A DNA stretch of 64,000 bases from a virus: positions 1 to 64,000 of the IMG/VR virus record IMGVR_UViG_3300022891_000002, one strand, 5' to 3'. Positions within the stretch are counted from its first letter, which is position 1; each line of letters opens with the position of its first letter. Below, piece after piece: positions 28,999-38,551 of the stretch. The position numbers were made by a program, and so were the translations under genes. The notes beneath the pieces were generated by a model, which searched no databases, had not been told where the DNA came from, and saw nothing but the letters and a program-made list of their open reading frames with translations.

Positions 28999-29421
28999 TT
29001 ACTCCACAAATAAAGATAACTTTTCAAATAATTCCGTAGCACTTAAAGAATTAATGTTAGGAGATAAATCATCATCACACATAGCAAAATTACATTCCCA
29101 AATCCAAACCTTATGAGTAAAACTATTCCGGTAAAAGAACTCTATAATCCCAGCATAAAATATCTCACACTCTAAATAATCCTCATCTTTCTCCCAAAAG
29201 AACTTAATATTAAAATCTCCTTGACTACCGTTATTAGGGGAACAATCAGGAACTTCCAACACTAAATTCCTTTGGGCTAATTTATGAGTTAGTAGAGTTA
29301 AAAAATCTTGAGCTAGATATACTACTGATTCATCACCGTTAATTCTCTTAGCTTCTTCTTTTAGTGAGTTTAGGTACTCATTCATTCGTTCTCGTCTACT
29401 CAATTGATATTCAGTGACCAT
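28999..29421 (-). CDS. hypothetical protein
   Basis: VPD..IKFFWEKDEDYLECEI. Confidence 0.6.
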   Translation of the reverse strand: MVTEYQLSRRERMNEYLNSLKEEAKRINGDESVVYLAQDFLTLLTHKLAQRNLVLEVPDCSPNNGSQGDFNIKFFWEKDEDYLECEIFYAGIIEFFYRNSFTHKVWIWECNFAMCDDDLSPNINSLSATELFEKLSLFVE

Positions 29422-29842
29422 TGTTTTGTTTATTATTTTTGTTTATAAAGACTAAGAGTTTTTGAACTAACCAATCTGGTAATTTACCATCTAATTCATG
29501 AACTTCATTTAAAGTGGTATCTGTATCGGAGTAATAGACTAATAAATGTTCTGTACTTTCAAGTAATCGTAAAGATAGGTAGTAATAATCTCTGACCCAT
29601 TCAAATTCAATAATAGGAACATTGTATTTATCAGTATAGATTTTGACATAAGGCTCTGTTATTTTCTTGTTAGTTTTATCTTTTATTAATTTCCATAGTT
29701 GAGTAGCACTTCTAGATAAGTCGCCAATATCTTTAGTGACAGTTATCTCCGTATTGGATATTAAGTAATTTGTGGTGTTGTCAGTCATTTGTTTTTCTCT
29801 CAATAAAAAGTAAATAACCCCCACCTGAGTAGAGATTATCAA
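29411..29842 (-). CDS. hypothetical protein (likely start ATG 29788)
   Basis: EPY..IEFEWVRDYYYLSLRL similar to 28999. Confidence 0.6.
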   Translation of the reverse strand: MIISTQVGVIYFLLREKQMTDNTTNYLISNTEITVTKDIGDLSRSATQLWKLIKDKTNKKITEPYVKIYTDKYNVPIIEFEWVRDYYYLSLRLLESTEHLLVYYSDTDTTLNEVHELDGKLPDWLVQKLLVFINKNNKQNNGH

Positions 29843-29843
29843 T

Positions 29844-29859
29844 ATTATAACGCAAGTAG
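29844..29859 (-). promoter_or_regulatory. extended -10 promoter
   Basis: CTACTTGCGTTATAAT, same family as CTACTTGTGTTATTAT at 21875/22618. Confidence 0.5.
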
Positions 29860-29861
29860 TT

Positions 29862-30098
29862 TTAGAGTTTAGGTTCTACTGTTCCTACTTCTCCTTCATA
29901 TTTAACTACCCCTTCTCGTTGTAAATGAAAGAACATTTCTTCTAATTCAGATACAGAACAAGTTAACTCTTCTCCTTTCTCGTTAAAAAATGTAAGTTGA
30001 TTTTGGTCTATTTGTTCTTTTAAAGTTAAGCAACAAGTAGCTAGAGTACATGAAGTAATCTGCTCTTTTCCGTTAACAGTCTTTTTTGTGATAGTCAT
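29862..30098 (-). CDS. hypothetical protein
   Basis: ORF track. Confidence 0.55.
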   Translation of the reverse strand: MTITKKTVNGKEQITSCTLATCCLTLKEQIDQNQLTFFNEKGEELTCSVSELEEMFFHLQREGVVKYEGEVGTVEPKL

Positions 30099-30143
30099 AG
30101 GTTTGGTATAAGATAGAAAGTAAATAACATTCTAGCATCAATC

Positions 30144-31772
30144 ATGGCAACAAATAACCGAAAAATAGAAAAGAAACTTCAATCAATAGATGAGCAAATA
30201 GAGTTCTTACTTAATCAACAGAAATATGTAAACGCTTCTAACTCGCTTTATCAGTTTCTCAAAGTTGGGTTTGAACATAAAGAAGTAAATGAGTTTAGAG
30301 ATAGTAGATTGGCTCAAGCTCTTTGTGAACATTTAGAAGCAGTAATGAGAGGAGAAATAAAAAGATTAATTATCAATATATCTCCTAGAACAATGAAGAC
30401 TCTGCTTACTGGAGTTTACTTTCCTGCTTATTGGTGGTTGAAGAAACCTCATCTTCAATTTATTTACTGTAGTTATACATTTGGAATTGCTAAGGTTTGT
30501 TCTCAAAAATTTAGAGGATTGGTTCAACATGATTTCTATAGAGATGTTCAAAATACTATGGAAAGTTTAGTAGATGACCCAATTACTCTTATTGAAAATA
30601 ATGAAAGTTTTCTACTAAATAATTATCAAGGAAGTAGAGATACAGTAGGTATTTCGGGAACTATCACTGGTAAAGGTGCGGACGTAATTATCTTAGATGA
30701 CCCGTTAAAAGCTAGTGAAGCTAAATCTAAGAAGGTTAACTCAAGAACTAACGAGTTTATTGGGGAAACTTTAATGTCTCGTTTTAATAGAACAAGTCAA
30801 GAAAAAGTTCTTATCTTGATTCAGCAAAGATTAAAAGAAGATGATACTTCTGGATTTTTAAGAGAGATGGGAGGATTTGATATTTTAGAACTTCCTCTTC
30901 TCTACACGGGAATGTCTAACTCTATTACTAAATTAGGCTTTAAAGATTGGAGAAAGAAACCAGGTGAAATCTTAGTTCCTGAGCTAGTAACAATGGATGA
31001 AGTAGCTCGAATGGAAATAGAGATGGGGTCACTTGAATTTGAGAGGCAATGTCAGCAAAACGTTAGAGCAGCAGCCGGAAATATTATATCTAGCAAACAT
31101 TTTAAAGAATATCAGAATGCTCCTCCTTATGAGTCTTATATCTTAGCAGCAGATTTAGCTGAGTCTATTGAGGAGGATGCGTGTTATACCGGGATAGTTA
31201 TTTTTGGTATCTATGAGAATAAGTATTATGTAGTAGAAGTAATAGAAAAGAAACTTAGATTTGAAGACCAACTATTAGAAGTAAAGAATCTACTAATTAA
31301 ATATCCATCTTGCAGACATAAGTTAGTAGAAAAGAAAAGTATGGGGCCTGCTTTGGTAGCTACATTATCTAAGGAATATCCGGGTTTTATTGCTCTTGAA
31401 CCTAAAGATTACGGTAATCAAAAAGAAGCTAGACTCAAAGCTACTATTCCAGCATTCAGAGATGGTAAGATTTATTTTCCTACTAAAGAGAGCTGTGAAA
31501 AGATTACTACTCTTAAAGACCAGCTAACTACTTTTCCTCTTTGTAGAAATGATGATGTGATGGATGCGTTCTGTTATGGAGTTCTTTGGTTGGAGAGGAA
31601 TGAAAGAGTTATTGACACTACTGAGGTTATGATGGAAATACCTGAACATATAAAAGAAAGAAGAAATATCTTTGCTGATACTTCCTCTCCTCGTCAGTCT
31701 ATTTTTGGTAGTAGATTAGGTAATCCTAGTTCTGATTTCGTAAAGTCTAATGGTATAGATATATTCTTTTAA
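30144..31772 (+). CDS. terL: terminase large subunit
   Basis: RLIINISPRTMKT Walker A, GADVIILDDP Walker B, QQRLKEDD, nuclease AADLA / VEKKSMG / NDDVMDA. Confidence 0.93.
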   Translation: MATNNRKIEKKLQSIDEQIEFLLNQQKYVNASNSLYQFLKVGFEHKEVNEFRDSRLAQALCEHLEAVMRGEIKRLIINISPRTMKTLLTGVYFPAYWWLKKPHLQFIYCSYTFGIAKVCSQKFRGLVQHDFYRDVQNTMESLVDDPITLIENNESFLLNNYQGSRDTVGISGTITGKGADVIILDDPLKASEAKSKKVNSRTNEFIGETLMSRFNRTSQEKVLILIQQRLKEDDTSGFLREMGGFDILELPLLYTGMSNSITKLGFKDWRKKPGEILVPELVTMDEVARMEIEMGSLEFERQCQQNVRAAAGNIISSKHFKEYQNAPPYESYILAADLAESIEEDACYTGIVIFGIYENKYYVVEVIEKKLRFEDQLLEVKNLLIKYPSCRHKLVEKKSMGPALVATLSKEYPGFIALEPKDYGNQKEARLKATIPAFRDGKIYFPTKESCEKITTLKDQLTTFPLCRNDDVMDAFCYGVLWLERNERVIDTTEVMMEIPEHIKERRNIFADTSSPRQSIFGSRLGNPSSDFVKSNGIDIFF

Positions 31773-32138
31773 TTAGTCTACTGTTTTAAAGGAGGGTTCC
31801 TTGAATGTTCGTTTTCGCTCAATACATCTATGACGTAAAGCATCATTTAATCTAAGCTTAGGTCGGAAATAACTAGGAACTTCAAAGAAAGTATTTAGTC
31901 CAATATTCCTACGTTTAGTAGTTGGAACATCTTTAATACCAAGAACTCCTAGATGAGGTAGAGTAACTTCTTTACCTTCTTCTATATAAGCAACTACTAC
32001 TTCAAATACTACATCAAAGATTTTACTGGTGAGTACCTTAGATAGTAGAGTATTACCTTCTTCTTTGATTCGGCTTTGAATGCGTTCAATCAATTCTTCT
32101 TTCGTAACCTTTGGGATTTTCATTCTTTGTTCTGTCAA
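31773..32138 (-). CDS. HU/IHF-family DNA-binding protein
   Basis: TKEELIERI...EGKEVTLPHLG...RRNIGLN..EVP...PKLRLNDAL. Confidence 0.8.
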   Translation of the reverse strand: MTEQRMKIPKVTKEELIERIQSRIKEEGNTLLSKVLTSKIFDVVFEVVVAYIEEGKEVTLPHLGVLGIKDVPTTKRRNIGLNTFFEVPSYFRPKLRLNDALRHRCIERKRTFKEPSFKTVD

Positions 32139-32180
32139 GTAAATTCAATTATACTGACATTATAAGAACTAATATTATTT

Positions 32181-35100
32181 ATGGCAACTACCTTGATAAA
32201 AAAAACTAATCCGAAGACGGGTCTACCGACTAATACTAAAACCTTTTCGTCTCTAAGTACAAAGTATGTAGAGGAATTTGTCAGTAGAGTAGAGAGTAAA
32301 TTATATGACTTTAATAAAAGTTTCCTTACTCCTTATAAAAAGAAGTTAGATGAGTTAGATAGGTCAGTAATATCAGATATAGAAAAGAACTTATCTTCTC
32401 CAGCTCTTTTAGTTAAAAATCAGTTAGATGAGTTATGGAACTATCATTGGATGATAGGTCAAAAAGATGTCTTAAGTCTCGAAGGTAAGAAAATAAGTAA
32501 GGTAGCTAATTATTCTAGTGAGGTAGATAACTTAGTAACCTTTGCTACTCAAGATGATTTAGCTGTTAAAGGTCTTTGGGATGCAAAAGTAGAGAAGAGT
32601 ATACTAAGAGACTATGATAGACGAGTAATAAGACTTCAAAGAGACTTAACTAAAGCTACTGATATTAGTGATAGAAGTAATATATCTAATGAGTTAAAAG
32701 ACATTAGTAGAGAGTTAGATATATTTTTAGGTAAGGTACAGAACAGACAGTCTACGGCTACTAATAAACAATTTGCAACTATCGGTGTTAGAGTTCGTGA
32801 CTTACAAGAGACAGTAAGAGTAATGGAACTAAAGCTATCTAATACGTCTACTAATGTAACTAACGATATTGACATACTTAACTCATCTCAATTTGGCACT
32901 ATCTACCAAGATAAGAGAACTTTGTTATTAGGTCAGTCTTATTCAGGTGATTATAAGAAAGGTATTATCTCTAATATTAAGAAGTATTTTATAAGTAGTG
33001 AGGATACTAATAGGCTTAAGACTAGAGAACGTGACTTATTTACTCAACTAACTAGGAATACTATAAGTAATATAAGTAAAGAAGAATCTACTAGAGTTAA
33101 AACTTTAATTAGTAACAAAGATAGATTGTCTAATAAAGACAGGTCAGCAGCTCAAGCAGTAGATAACTTAGTTAAGTCTCTTAGTTACGGTAAAACTCTT
33201 AGTGATAAGAAGATATCTAACTTTATTAAAGGAGGTAATAACTTAGATAATTTAAGGTCAGTTACTCAAGGTACTATCTATGAAAATTCTACTAATCAGT
33301 TAATTAATGAACTAAGTAGTGGAGGTAAGAACGTCAAACCTATATTACAAGAGATAAAGAATAGAGAGAAATACCCGTTAGGAGATAATGTAGAGAGAGT
33401 TTATGATAGTAGGAGTGGTAGTTATAGAAGTATAGAAGATTTAGAAAGTTCTATTAGTAACATTTTTGGTATTCAGCGGATTAAACGCATTGCTGAAACA
33501 GAGATATCTCTTGCGTATAACTTAGGTAGATTAAAGAAATTAGAAGAGTTAGGTTATAAGAAGGTAAGAATAACTAATGAAGCTGAGAACAATAGTAATA
33601 GACAACAAGCTCTTAATGTATATGGAAGTTTAGCTAAAGCATATAGGTCAGACACTAATGAACGTTACTTACCTATGTTATGTACTCATTGTCTTAGTAG
33701 AAATAATCAAGTAATGGACATTAGCACTATTTATAGGAGCAAGGTAGATACTAAGTATGAAATAAATGGGAAGTATTCTGCTTTACCTCCTTTCCATGTA
33801 TCTTGCTGGTGTTATTTTGTTGGAGTTGAAGAGAGTAAGAGAGATAAAGAAGGAAGTTTAGTAAGTGAACTAGCCGAAACAATTAAGAACTCAGTAGTAG
33901 CAAATAGTTTAAGTGGGGAGACTACTACATCTAACGCTTTCTACAATGACCCTTTTATAAAGAAATTAGTAATTGCAGGAGTAGGACTACTTGGTGTAGG
34001 AGCAGCTTACTATGCTTACACAAAACTGGCAAGAAATAGAGTTCAAATACCTCTTAATTTAAGACCTAAGAAGAGTAGTGTTAGTAATGTAACTGAGGAA
34101 ACTCAAGAAGCTTTACTTAAGAACTTTGTAAATAACTTAGACAATACAGCAATGGTAGAAGTAGCAGAAGTCGCAGGTAAGTTACCTAAAGCATTCAGGA
34201 TACTTAGTAGTGCAGATGATTTAGCAGGAGCAGTAGATAACCAACTATCTCAGGAAGTTTACACACTATCTAATTCTACTCAAGCTACTCTTAATGAACT
34301 AATTGCAGATAACCCGGAGTATTTAAGTGTATTAGACTCTTTACTATCTTCTAAGAAATCTTATGAGTCTATAAGAGATAGAATTCTACAAAATAAACTA
34401 AAAGGTCAAGATTTAGATGAAGTGTACCAGACCTACTTAAATAGTAAACAAGAATATGAAGCTCAGTTAAGTAGATATTTACAAGCAACTAAAGATAAAA
34501 AATCTAACCTTATTGATTTAAGTTCAAATCTTAATGTAAGTGCAAGAGAAGTATTACTAGATAATAGAAGTAACTTACCTGAAGGAGCTAGTTTACAAAG
34601 TGCATTAGAGAATCTTAAGAGTAGGAAGTTAATAGATAGCAGTAATAAACAACTAAGAAGTATTGAAAAGAACCTCAACAAAGAGATAAGTAACATTAGT
34701 GACTTACAATCTAGAGAAAGTAGGTTAGTAGATACAAGGTTAGGAGGTAGAGATAGTAGAGCAAGAGCTGAACAACTAAGAAGTATTAAACCTAAGGTAC
34801 CTTCTACTAATACTAAGAATTTAGATGCAGTAGTTAGTAACGTTAATAGAATCAAACGAGACTTAAATGATAATCGTCTCAATATGGAAACTATTAGAAG
34901 TATTAGTAAGAAACGTTTAGATAGTTCTAGTGTTGCGGATAGAGCTTTACTAATAGATACTCAAAGACAGTATTACAGACAGATATTAACTGAGAAAGGA
35001 AGAGTAGTCAGTCAACTAAAGAGCATGAGTAACGTAGAAAGTCTTGAGAATTTTAGTAAGCTATATAGGTCAGAGATAAGTAATAAAGCTAAGACAGGTT

Positions 35101-35378
35101 ATCCATACAGTAGTGGGTTGTGGAAAGAAGCTGACATTAGTAAGTTAGACGAGACTTATAAAGAAGTGAGTAATGTACTTACTATCAAGAAGTCTTATGA
35201 GTCATATCTATCAGAATTAGACGATATGTTAGAGAAAATGAACAATTTTGAATCTGTAATTAGTTCAAATATTCAGTTTTCAAGTACAGGAAGTAGTGAT
35301 GAAACAAATAGAATAAACTTAAGAATAGAAAGATTACGCAAAATTCCCAGAATTGGATGTTTGAAACTATATGAGTGA
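32181..35378 (+). CDS. MuF/SPP1 gp7-like minor head protein with long N- and C-terminal extensions
   Basis: RIAETEISLAYNLG, CTHC, LPPFHVSCWC; then a TM-like helix and coiled-coil tail. Confidence 0.8.
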   Translation: MATTLIKKTNPKTGLPTNTKTFSSLSTKYVEEFVSRVESKLYDFNKSFLTPYKKKLDELDRSVISDIEKNLSSPALLVKNQLDELWNYHWMIGQKDVLSLEGKKISKVANYSSEVDNLVTFATQDDLAVKGLWDAKVEKSILRDYDRRVIRLQRDLTKATDISDRSNISNELKDISRELDIFLGKVQNRQSTATNKQFATIGVRVRDLQETVRVMELKLSNTSTNVTNDIDILNSSQFGTIYQDKRTLLLGQSYSGDYKKGIISNIKKYFISSEDTNRLKTRERDLFTQLTRNTISNISKEESTRVKTLISNKDRLSNKDRSAAQAVDNLVKSLSYGKTLSDKKISNFIKGGNNLDNLRSVTQGTIYENSTNQLINELSSGGKNVKPILQEIKNREKYPLGDNVERVYDSRSGSYRSIEDLESSISNIFGIQRIKRIAETEISLAYNLGRLKKLEELGYKKVRITNEAENNSNRQQALNVYGSLAKAYRSDTNERYLPMLCTHCLSRNNQVMDISTIYRSKVDTKYEINGKYSALPPFHVSCWCYFVGVEESKRDKEGSLVSELAETIKNSVVANSLSGETTTSNAFYNDPFIKKLVIAGVGLLGVGAAYYAYTKLARNRVQIPLNLRPKKSSVSNVTEETQEALLKNFVNNLDNTAMVEVAEVAGKLPKAFRILSSADDLAGAVDNQLSQEVYTLSNSTQATLNELIADNPEYLSVLDSLLSSKKSYESIRDRILQNKLKGQDLDEVYQTYLNSKQEYEAQLSRYLQATKDKKSNLIDLSSNLNVSAREVLLDNRSNLPEGASLQSALENLKSRKLIDSSNKQLRSIEKNLNKEISNISDLQSRESRLVDTRLGGRDSRARAEQLRSIKPKVPSTNTKNLDAVVSNVNRIKRDLNDNRLNMETIRSISKKRLDSSSVADRALLIDTQRQYYRQILTEKGRVVSQLKSMSNVESLENFSKLYRSEISNKAKTGYPYSSGLWKEADISKLDETYKEVSNVLTIKKSYESYLSELDDMLEKMNNFESVISSNIQFSSTGSSDETNRINLRIERLRKIPRIGCLKLYE

Positions 35379-36516
35379 GATATATCTAACTAAAAGTAAA
35401 CTAGGTTCTATTACTTTTGCTAGTGAGATTAGTCCTAGAAAGATAAAGAAGAATATTAATGTCAAAGGATTTTTTAGGAAAGGTAGATTTGTTAGAGCCT
35501 TTAATAGAGAGCAAGATGTAAGAGAGAAAGTAGTTAAGGTTGCTGTTGTTAGTTTAGCTGTATTGGGAACTGCTTTAGGTGTTGGAGTGGCAAGTGCAGC
35601 TTTAACTAAAGTTCGATATAACAGAAATCTAGTTAACTTTGGTAAGAATATTGCTAAAGGTGGAATTGGTATTGAAGATATGAAAATTCCTTCAGGTGTT
35701 AAAAAAGTCCAAATTCCTAAACCTATTACTGACCCAAATAAAAAATCTATGACATTCTTTGTTGGGGGGATGAGTAAGTTTGAAGATGCCGAAGGAGATA
35801 AGTTTATGAAGTTGGTACGGTCTGCTTACGCTAAACAAGGTAGACCGATAGATAAGACTAATGAACTAATTCCTCTTTTTCACCAACATCAAGTAAAAAG
35901 AGATACTAAGTTTGGAATAGCTCAAGAAATAGCTGATGTATTTGAGAAAGCCACCGTAAAAGGATATAACAAAGACTCGGTTATTATGGCCAATGAGATT
36001 TATAAATGGCACAAGTTAAACCCAACTAAACCTATTAATATTGTTACGGCTAGTGCTGGAGGTTTTCAAGGTAGAGATATTCCACATATATTAGAAGCTG
36101 CGGGAGTAGATACAAAGAAATTAATGAAAGTGTTTTCTACTGCGAGTCCTGATTATGGATTAGTAGATGAAGTAGTACCTACATTAAAAGTTATGCACAA
36201 TGATGATTTATACTCTAAAACTATTCCGGGTATAAAAGACGGATTGCGACTGCCTTCTTTACATAGAGGAACTAGGTTTGTAGGTAAAGGGAACACTCCT
36301 GAATATAAAGATATGGTAGCTAGAAAGTGGATGTATGATGACGGAAACCAAGTAGTTAAAGAAAACGGAACTTTTGTAGCTGGTAAAAGATATAACTCTC
36401 CTTCTGATAAACAGATGCCTTTAATAGTTCACTTTGCTCCTGCCTATTTTAACGGAGAAACTAAGACATCTAAGAAAACTTTGCAATACCTACACAACTT
36501 TATGTTTAAGGATTAG
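35371..36516 (+). CDS. putative alpha/beta-hydrolase (lipase/esterase-like) with N-terminal membrane helix
   Basis: TFFVGG strand, INIVTASAGG nucleophile-elbow-like motif, VFSTASP, distal His (LIVHF). Confidence 0.55.
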   Translation: MSEIYLTKSKLGSITFASEISPRKIKKNINVKGFFRKGRFVRAFNREQDVREKVVKVAVVSLAVLGTALGVGVASAALTKVRYNRNLVNFGKNIAKGGIGIEDMKIPSGVKKVQIPKPITDPNKKSMTFFVGGMSKFEDAEGDKFMKLVRSAYAKQGRPIDKTNELIPLFHQHQVKRDTKFGIAQEIADVFEKATVKGYNKDSVIMANEIYKWHKLNPTKPINIVTASAGGFQGRDIPHILEAAGVDTKKLMKVFSTASPDYGLVDEVVPTLKVMHNDDLYSKTIPGIKDGLRLPSLHRGTRFVGKGNTPEYKDMVARKWMYDDGNQVVKENGTFVAGKRYNSPSDKQMPLIVHFAPAYFNGETKTSKKTLQYLHNFMFKD

Positions 36517-36747
36517 TAGAGTAACTAAGTGAGTTTTAAGAGACAAAGAATATAGGTAAATAGATAGTTCAATTGTTTCTACTATTTGCAAGTATTGATT
36601 TATAGTTATATCTATTTTTCCATTCTCAATTTTACTCATCTCTGCTTGAGAGTAAGAGAGTATTTTACCTAACTCTATTTGACTTATCTTCCTACTTTCA
36701 CGATATTCTCTTAGCTGTTTACCAAATTCAATATTAGCTGGATACAT
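36490..36747 (-). CDS. XRE/Cro-C1 HTH regulator
   Basis: LREYRESRKISQIELG..SQAEMSKIENGK. Confidence 0.85.
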   Translation of the reverse strand: MYPANIEFGKQLREYRESRKISQIELGKILSYSQAEMSKIENGKIDITINQYLQIVETIELSIYLYSLSLKTHLVTLLILKHKVV

Positions 36748-36839
36748 TATTCACCGAAAGAATTACTATTAATAACGAAAATAGTAACATACAATAAGTG
36801 ATATAACAAAAATATATTAATAAGCTAGAGAGGCGATTA

Positions 36840-37064
36840 ATGGCAGGTAAAAGATTAGTTCAAGCAGCAAAAATGGCGGGTACTGGAGCAGGAACGGGTT
36901 GGGCTGCTGGCTATGCTTTAGGTGGAAATAACGATAAAGTTCCAATGGTAGTTAAAGGTAAATTGAAGAAAGGAGGGAAAAAAGCTCCTACAATTCAAAG
37001 AAGTGCTGCTATCGGTGGTTTAGCTTTAGGTGCAGGGATAGGCCTACTTAAAAAGAAAAAGTAA
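36840..37064 (+). CDS. small Gly-zipper, Lys-rich protein
   Basis: GTGAGTGWAAGYALGG...IGGLALGAGIGLLKKKK. Confidence 0.6.
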   Translation: MAGKRLVQAAKMAGTGAGTGWAAGYALGGNNDKVPMVVKGKLKKGGKKAPTIQRSAAIGGLALGAGIGLLKKKK

Positions 37065-38272
37065 TGACGATAATTCATTTTAATACTGTTCCTAGCGCGT
37101 TAAAAGAAGTTGGTAATAGTGAAGACCCAAATGAAATAGTAAAAGAAGGTTTAATATTCTACTCTACTGAAGAGAACAATCCACATATAGATAGTAGAAA
37201 AAATAAACATAACTTTTCCCCTGATAAAATTAGACAGTTAGTAGAGAATACTAATAAACATTTCAATATCTCTGAGTGTGGAATTCCTGTATTAACAGAG
37301 CATAAAAAAGATGTTAATAATGTGGTAGGCTTCATAGAGTCTCCAATGGAAGCTAGAGTAATAGATGAAACTTATACGAAAGGAAATCCAAAACTCAAAC
37401 ATTTATTAGGAAGAGTTGGTGTATTCGTTAAAGATGTTATTATCAAAACTCCAGAAATAGTTGATAAGATGAGAAGAGGTCTTGCTAAAACTGTTTCTGC
37501 GGGTATTGATTTAGATTCTTTTTCTATTAAAGAACTTTCACTTGTAGCTTTACCAGCAATACCAAACGCAACTCTTTTTAGTTATCATGCTAATAAAGAA
37601 GCTAAGAAACCAAACATGAAGAAAATTAAAAATAAGAATTTGTTAGTATCGAAAGGATATAGTAAAGAAAGTAATTATGCTTTATCTCTTGAAGAAGCTC
37701 TTAATACTTCACAAAGTATTGAAGAACAAAGAGAAGAAGCAATGAAGATATTTACTGCATTTCTGGAAGTAGTTGAAGATGCTAATGAGATTGACCCAGA
37801 GGAAATGGCTTCAATGGGGATACAAGACCCGTCTGAACTTATCCAAGGAGCAATTGAGGATTTATCGAATATGTTAGCTGAGATGTTTGTTTCTGTTCCT
37901 GAACCAGAGACTCAACAACCAGCTCCCGTAACTCCTCAAAGACCAGGAATGCCAGCTAAAACAGCTAGGTACTCTTTTTCTCCCGAGTTAATTAAGTTTG
38001 CAGCTAATCCTTACGCGAAGAGTGGTAGAATGGCTGCTACTGTTCAAAGTAAGATTAATGATATGGCTACTGGTAAAGGTGCTGCTGGAGTTTATAGCAA
38101 AATAGGTAAAGCAATCAAAACTGTTAAAGCTAATCCTCTTAAAACTGGAGCTGCTCTGTTAGTGGCGAACCAAGTAAGAAAAACAGGGATGAAAGCTTTG
38201 AGTAACCGTAAAAAGAAATCTCAAAGTTTAGAAGGTAAACTATCTCGTGCAATTAAAACATTTAAAAACTAA
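37064..38272 (+). CDS. prohead maturation protease with C-terminal extensions
   Basis: PVLTEH..VGFI...VSAGI...ELSLVALPA (HK97/Mu-type protease motifs); upstream of scaffold and capsid. Confidence 0.75.
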   Translation: MTIIHFNTVPSALKEVGNSEDPNEIVKEGLIFYSTEENNPHIDSRKNKHNFSPDKIRQLVENTNKHFNISECGIPVLTEHKKDVNNVVGFIESPMEARVIDETYTKGNPKLKHLLGRVGVFVKDVIIKTPEIVDKMRRGLAKTVSAGIDLDSFSIKELSLVALPAIPNATLFSYHANKEAKKPNMKKIKNKNLLVSKGYSKESNYALSLEEALNTSQSIEEQREEAMKIFTAFLEVVEDANEIDPEEMASMGIQDPSELIQGAIEDLSNMLAEMFVSVPEPETQQPAPVTPQRPGMPAKTARYSFSPELIKFAANPYAKSGRMAATVQSKINDMATGKGAAGVYSKIGKAIKTVKANPLKTGAALLVANQVRKTGMKALSNRKKKSQSLEGKLSRAIKTFKN

Positions 38273-38276
38273 AACT

Positions 38277-38546
38277 ATGAAGAAATCAATCAACTTTTCT
38301 ATTGCTCAAATGGCTTTAGATTCTGCTAAAAAAGGAGTCAAGAGAGCTAAACGTGTCGGCACAGTAATGGCTAAGAAAGGATTAAAGGCAATAGCTAAAA
38401 ATCCTGGTAAAGCGGGTCTTGCAATGGCTGGGTTGGCTACTGCTGGTGGTTTAGGAATGGCTGGGTTAAAAGCAATTGGTAATGCTCGTAAACCTAAAAG
38501 CTTGACTGACCGACTCAAAAATGCTTCTAAGAAGATGTTTAAATAA
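38277..38546 (+). CDS. basic Gly/Ala-rich protein homologous to the protease C-terminal tail (start revised to ATG 38277)
   Basis: MKKSINFS...KNPGKAGLA...GLKAIGNARKPKSLTDRL. Confidence 0.65.
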   Translation: MKKSINFSIAQMALDSAKKGVKRAKRVGTVMAKKGLKAIAKNPGKAGLAMAGLATAGGLGMAGLKAIGNARKPKSLTDRLKNASKKMFK

Positions 38547-38551
38547 CCAAT

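Noticed and set aside
1823-30551. Antisense shadow ORFs (1823, 4048, 8390, 8455, 9182, 10819, 14730, 15438, 30366)
   Set aside because: Opposite better-supported genes, with Ser/Leu/Phe-rich shadow composition
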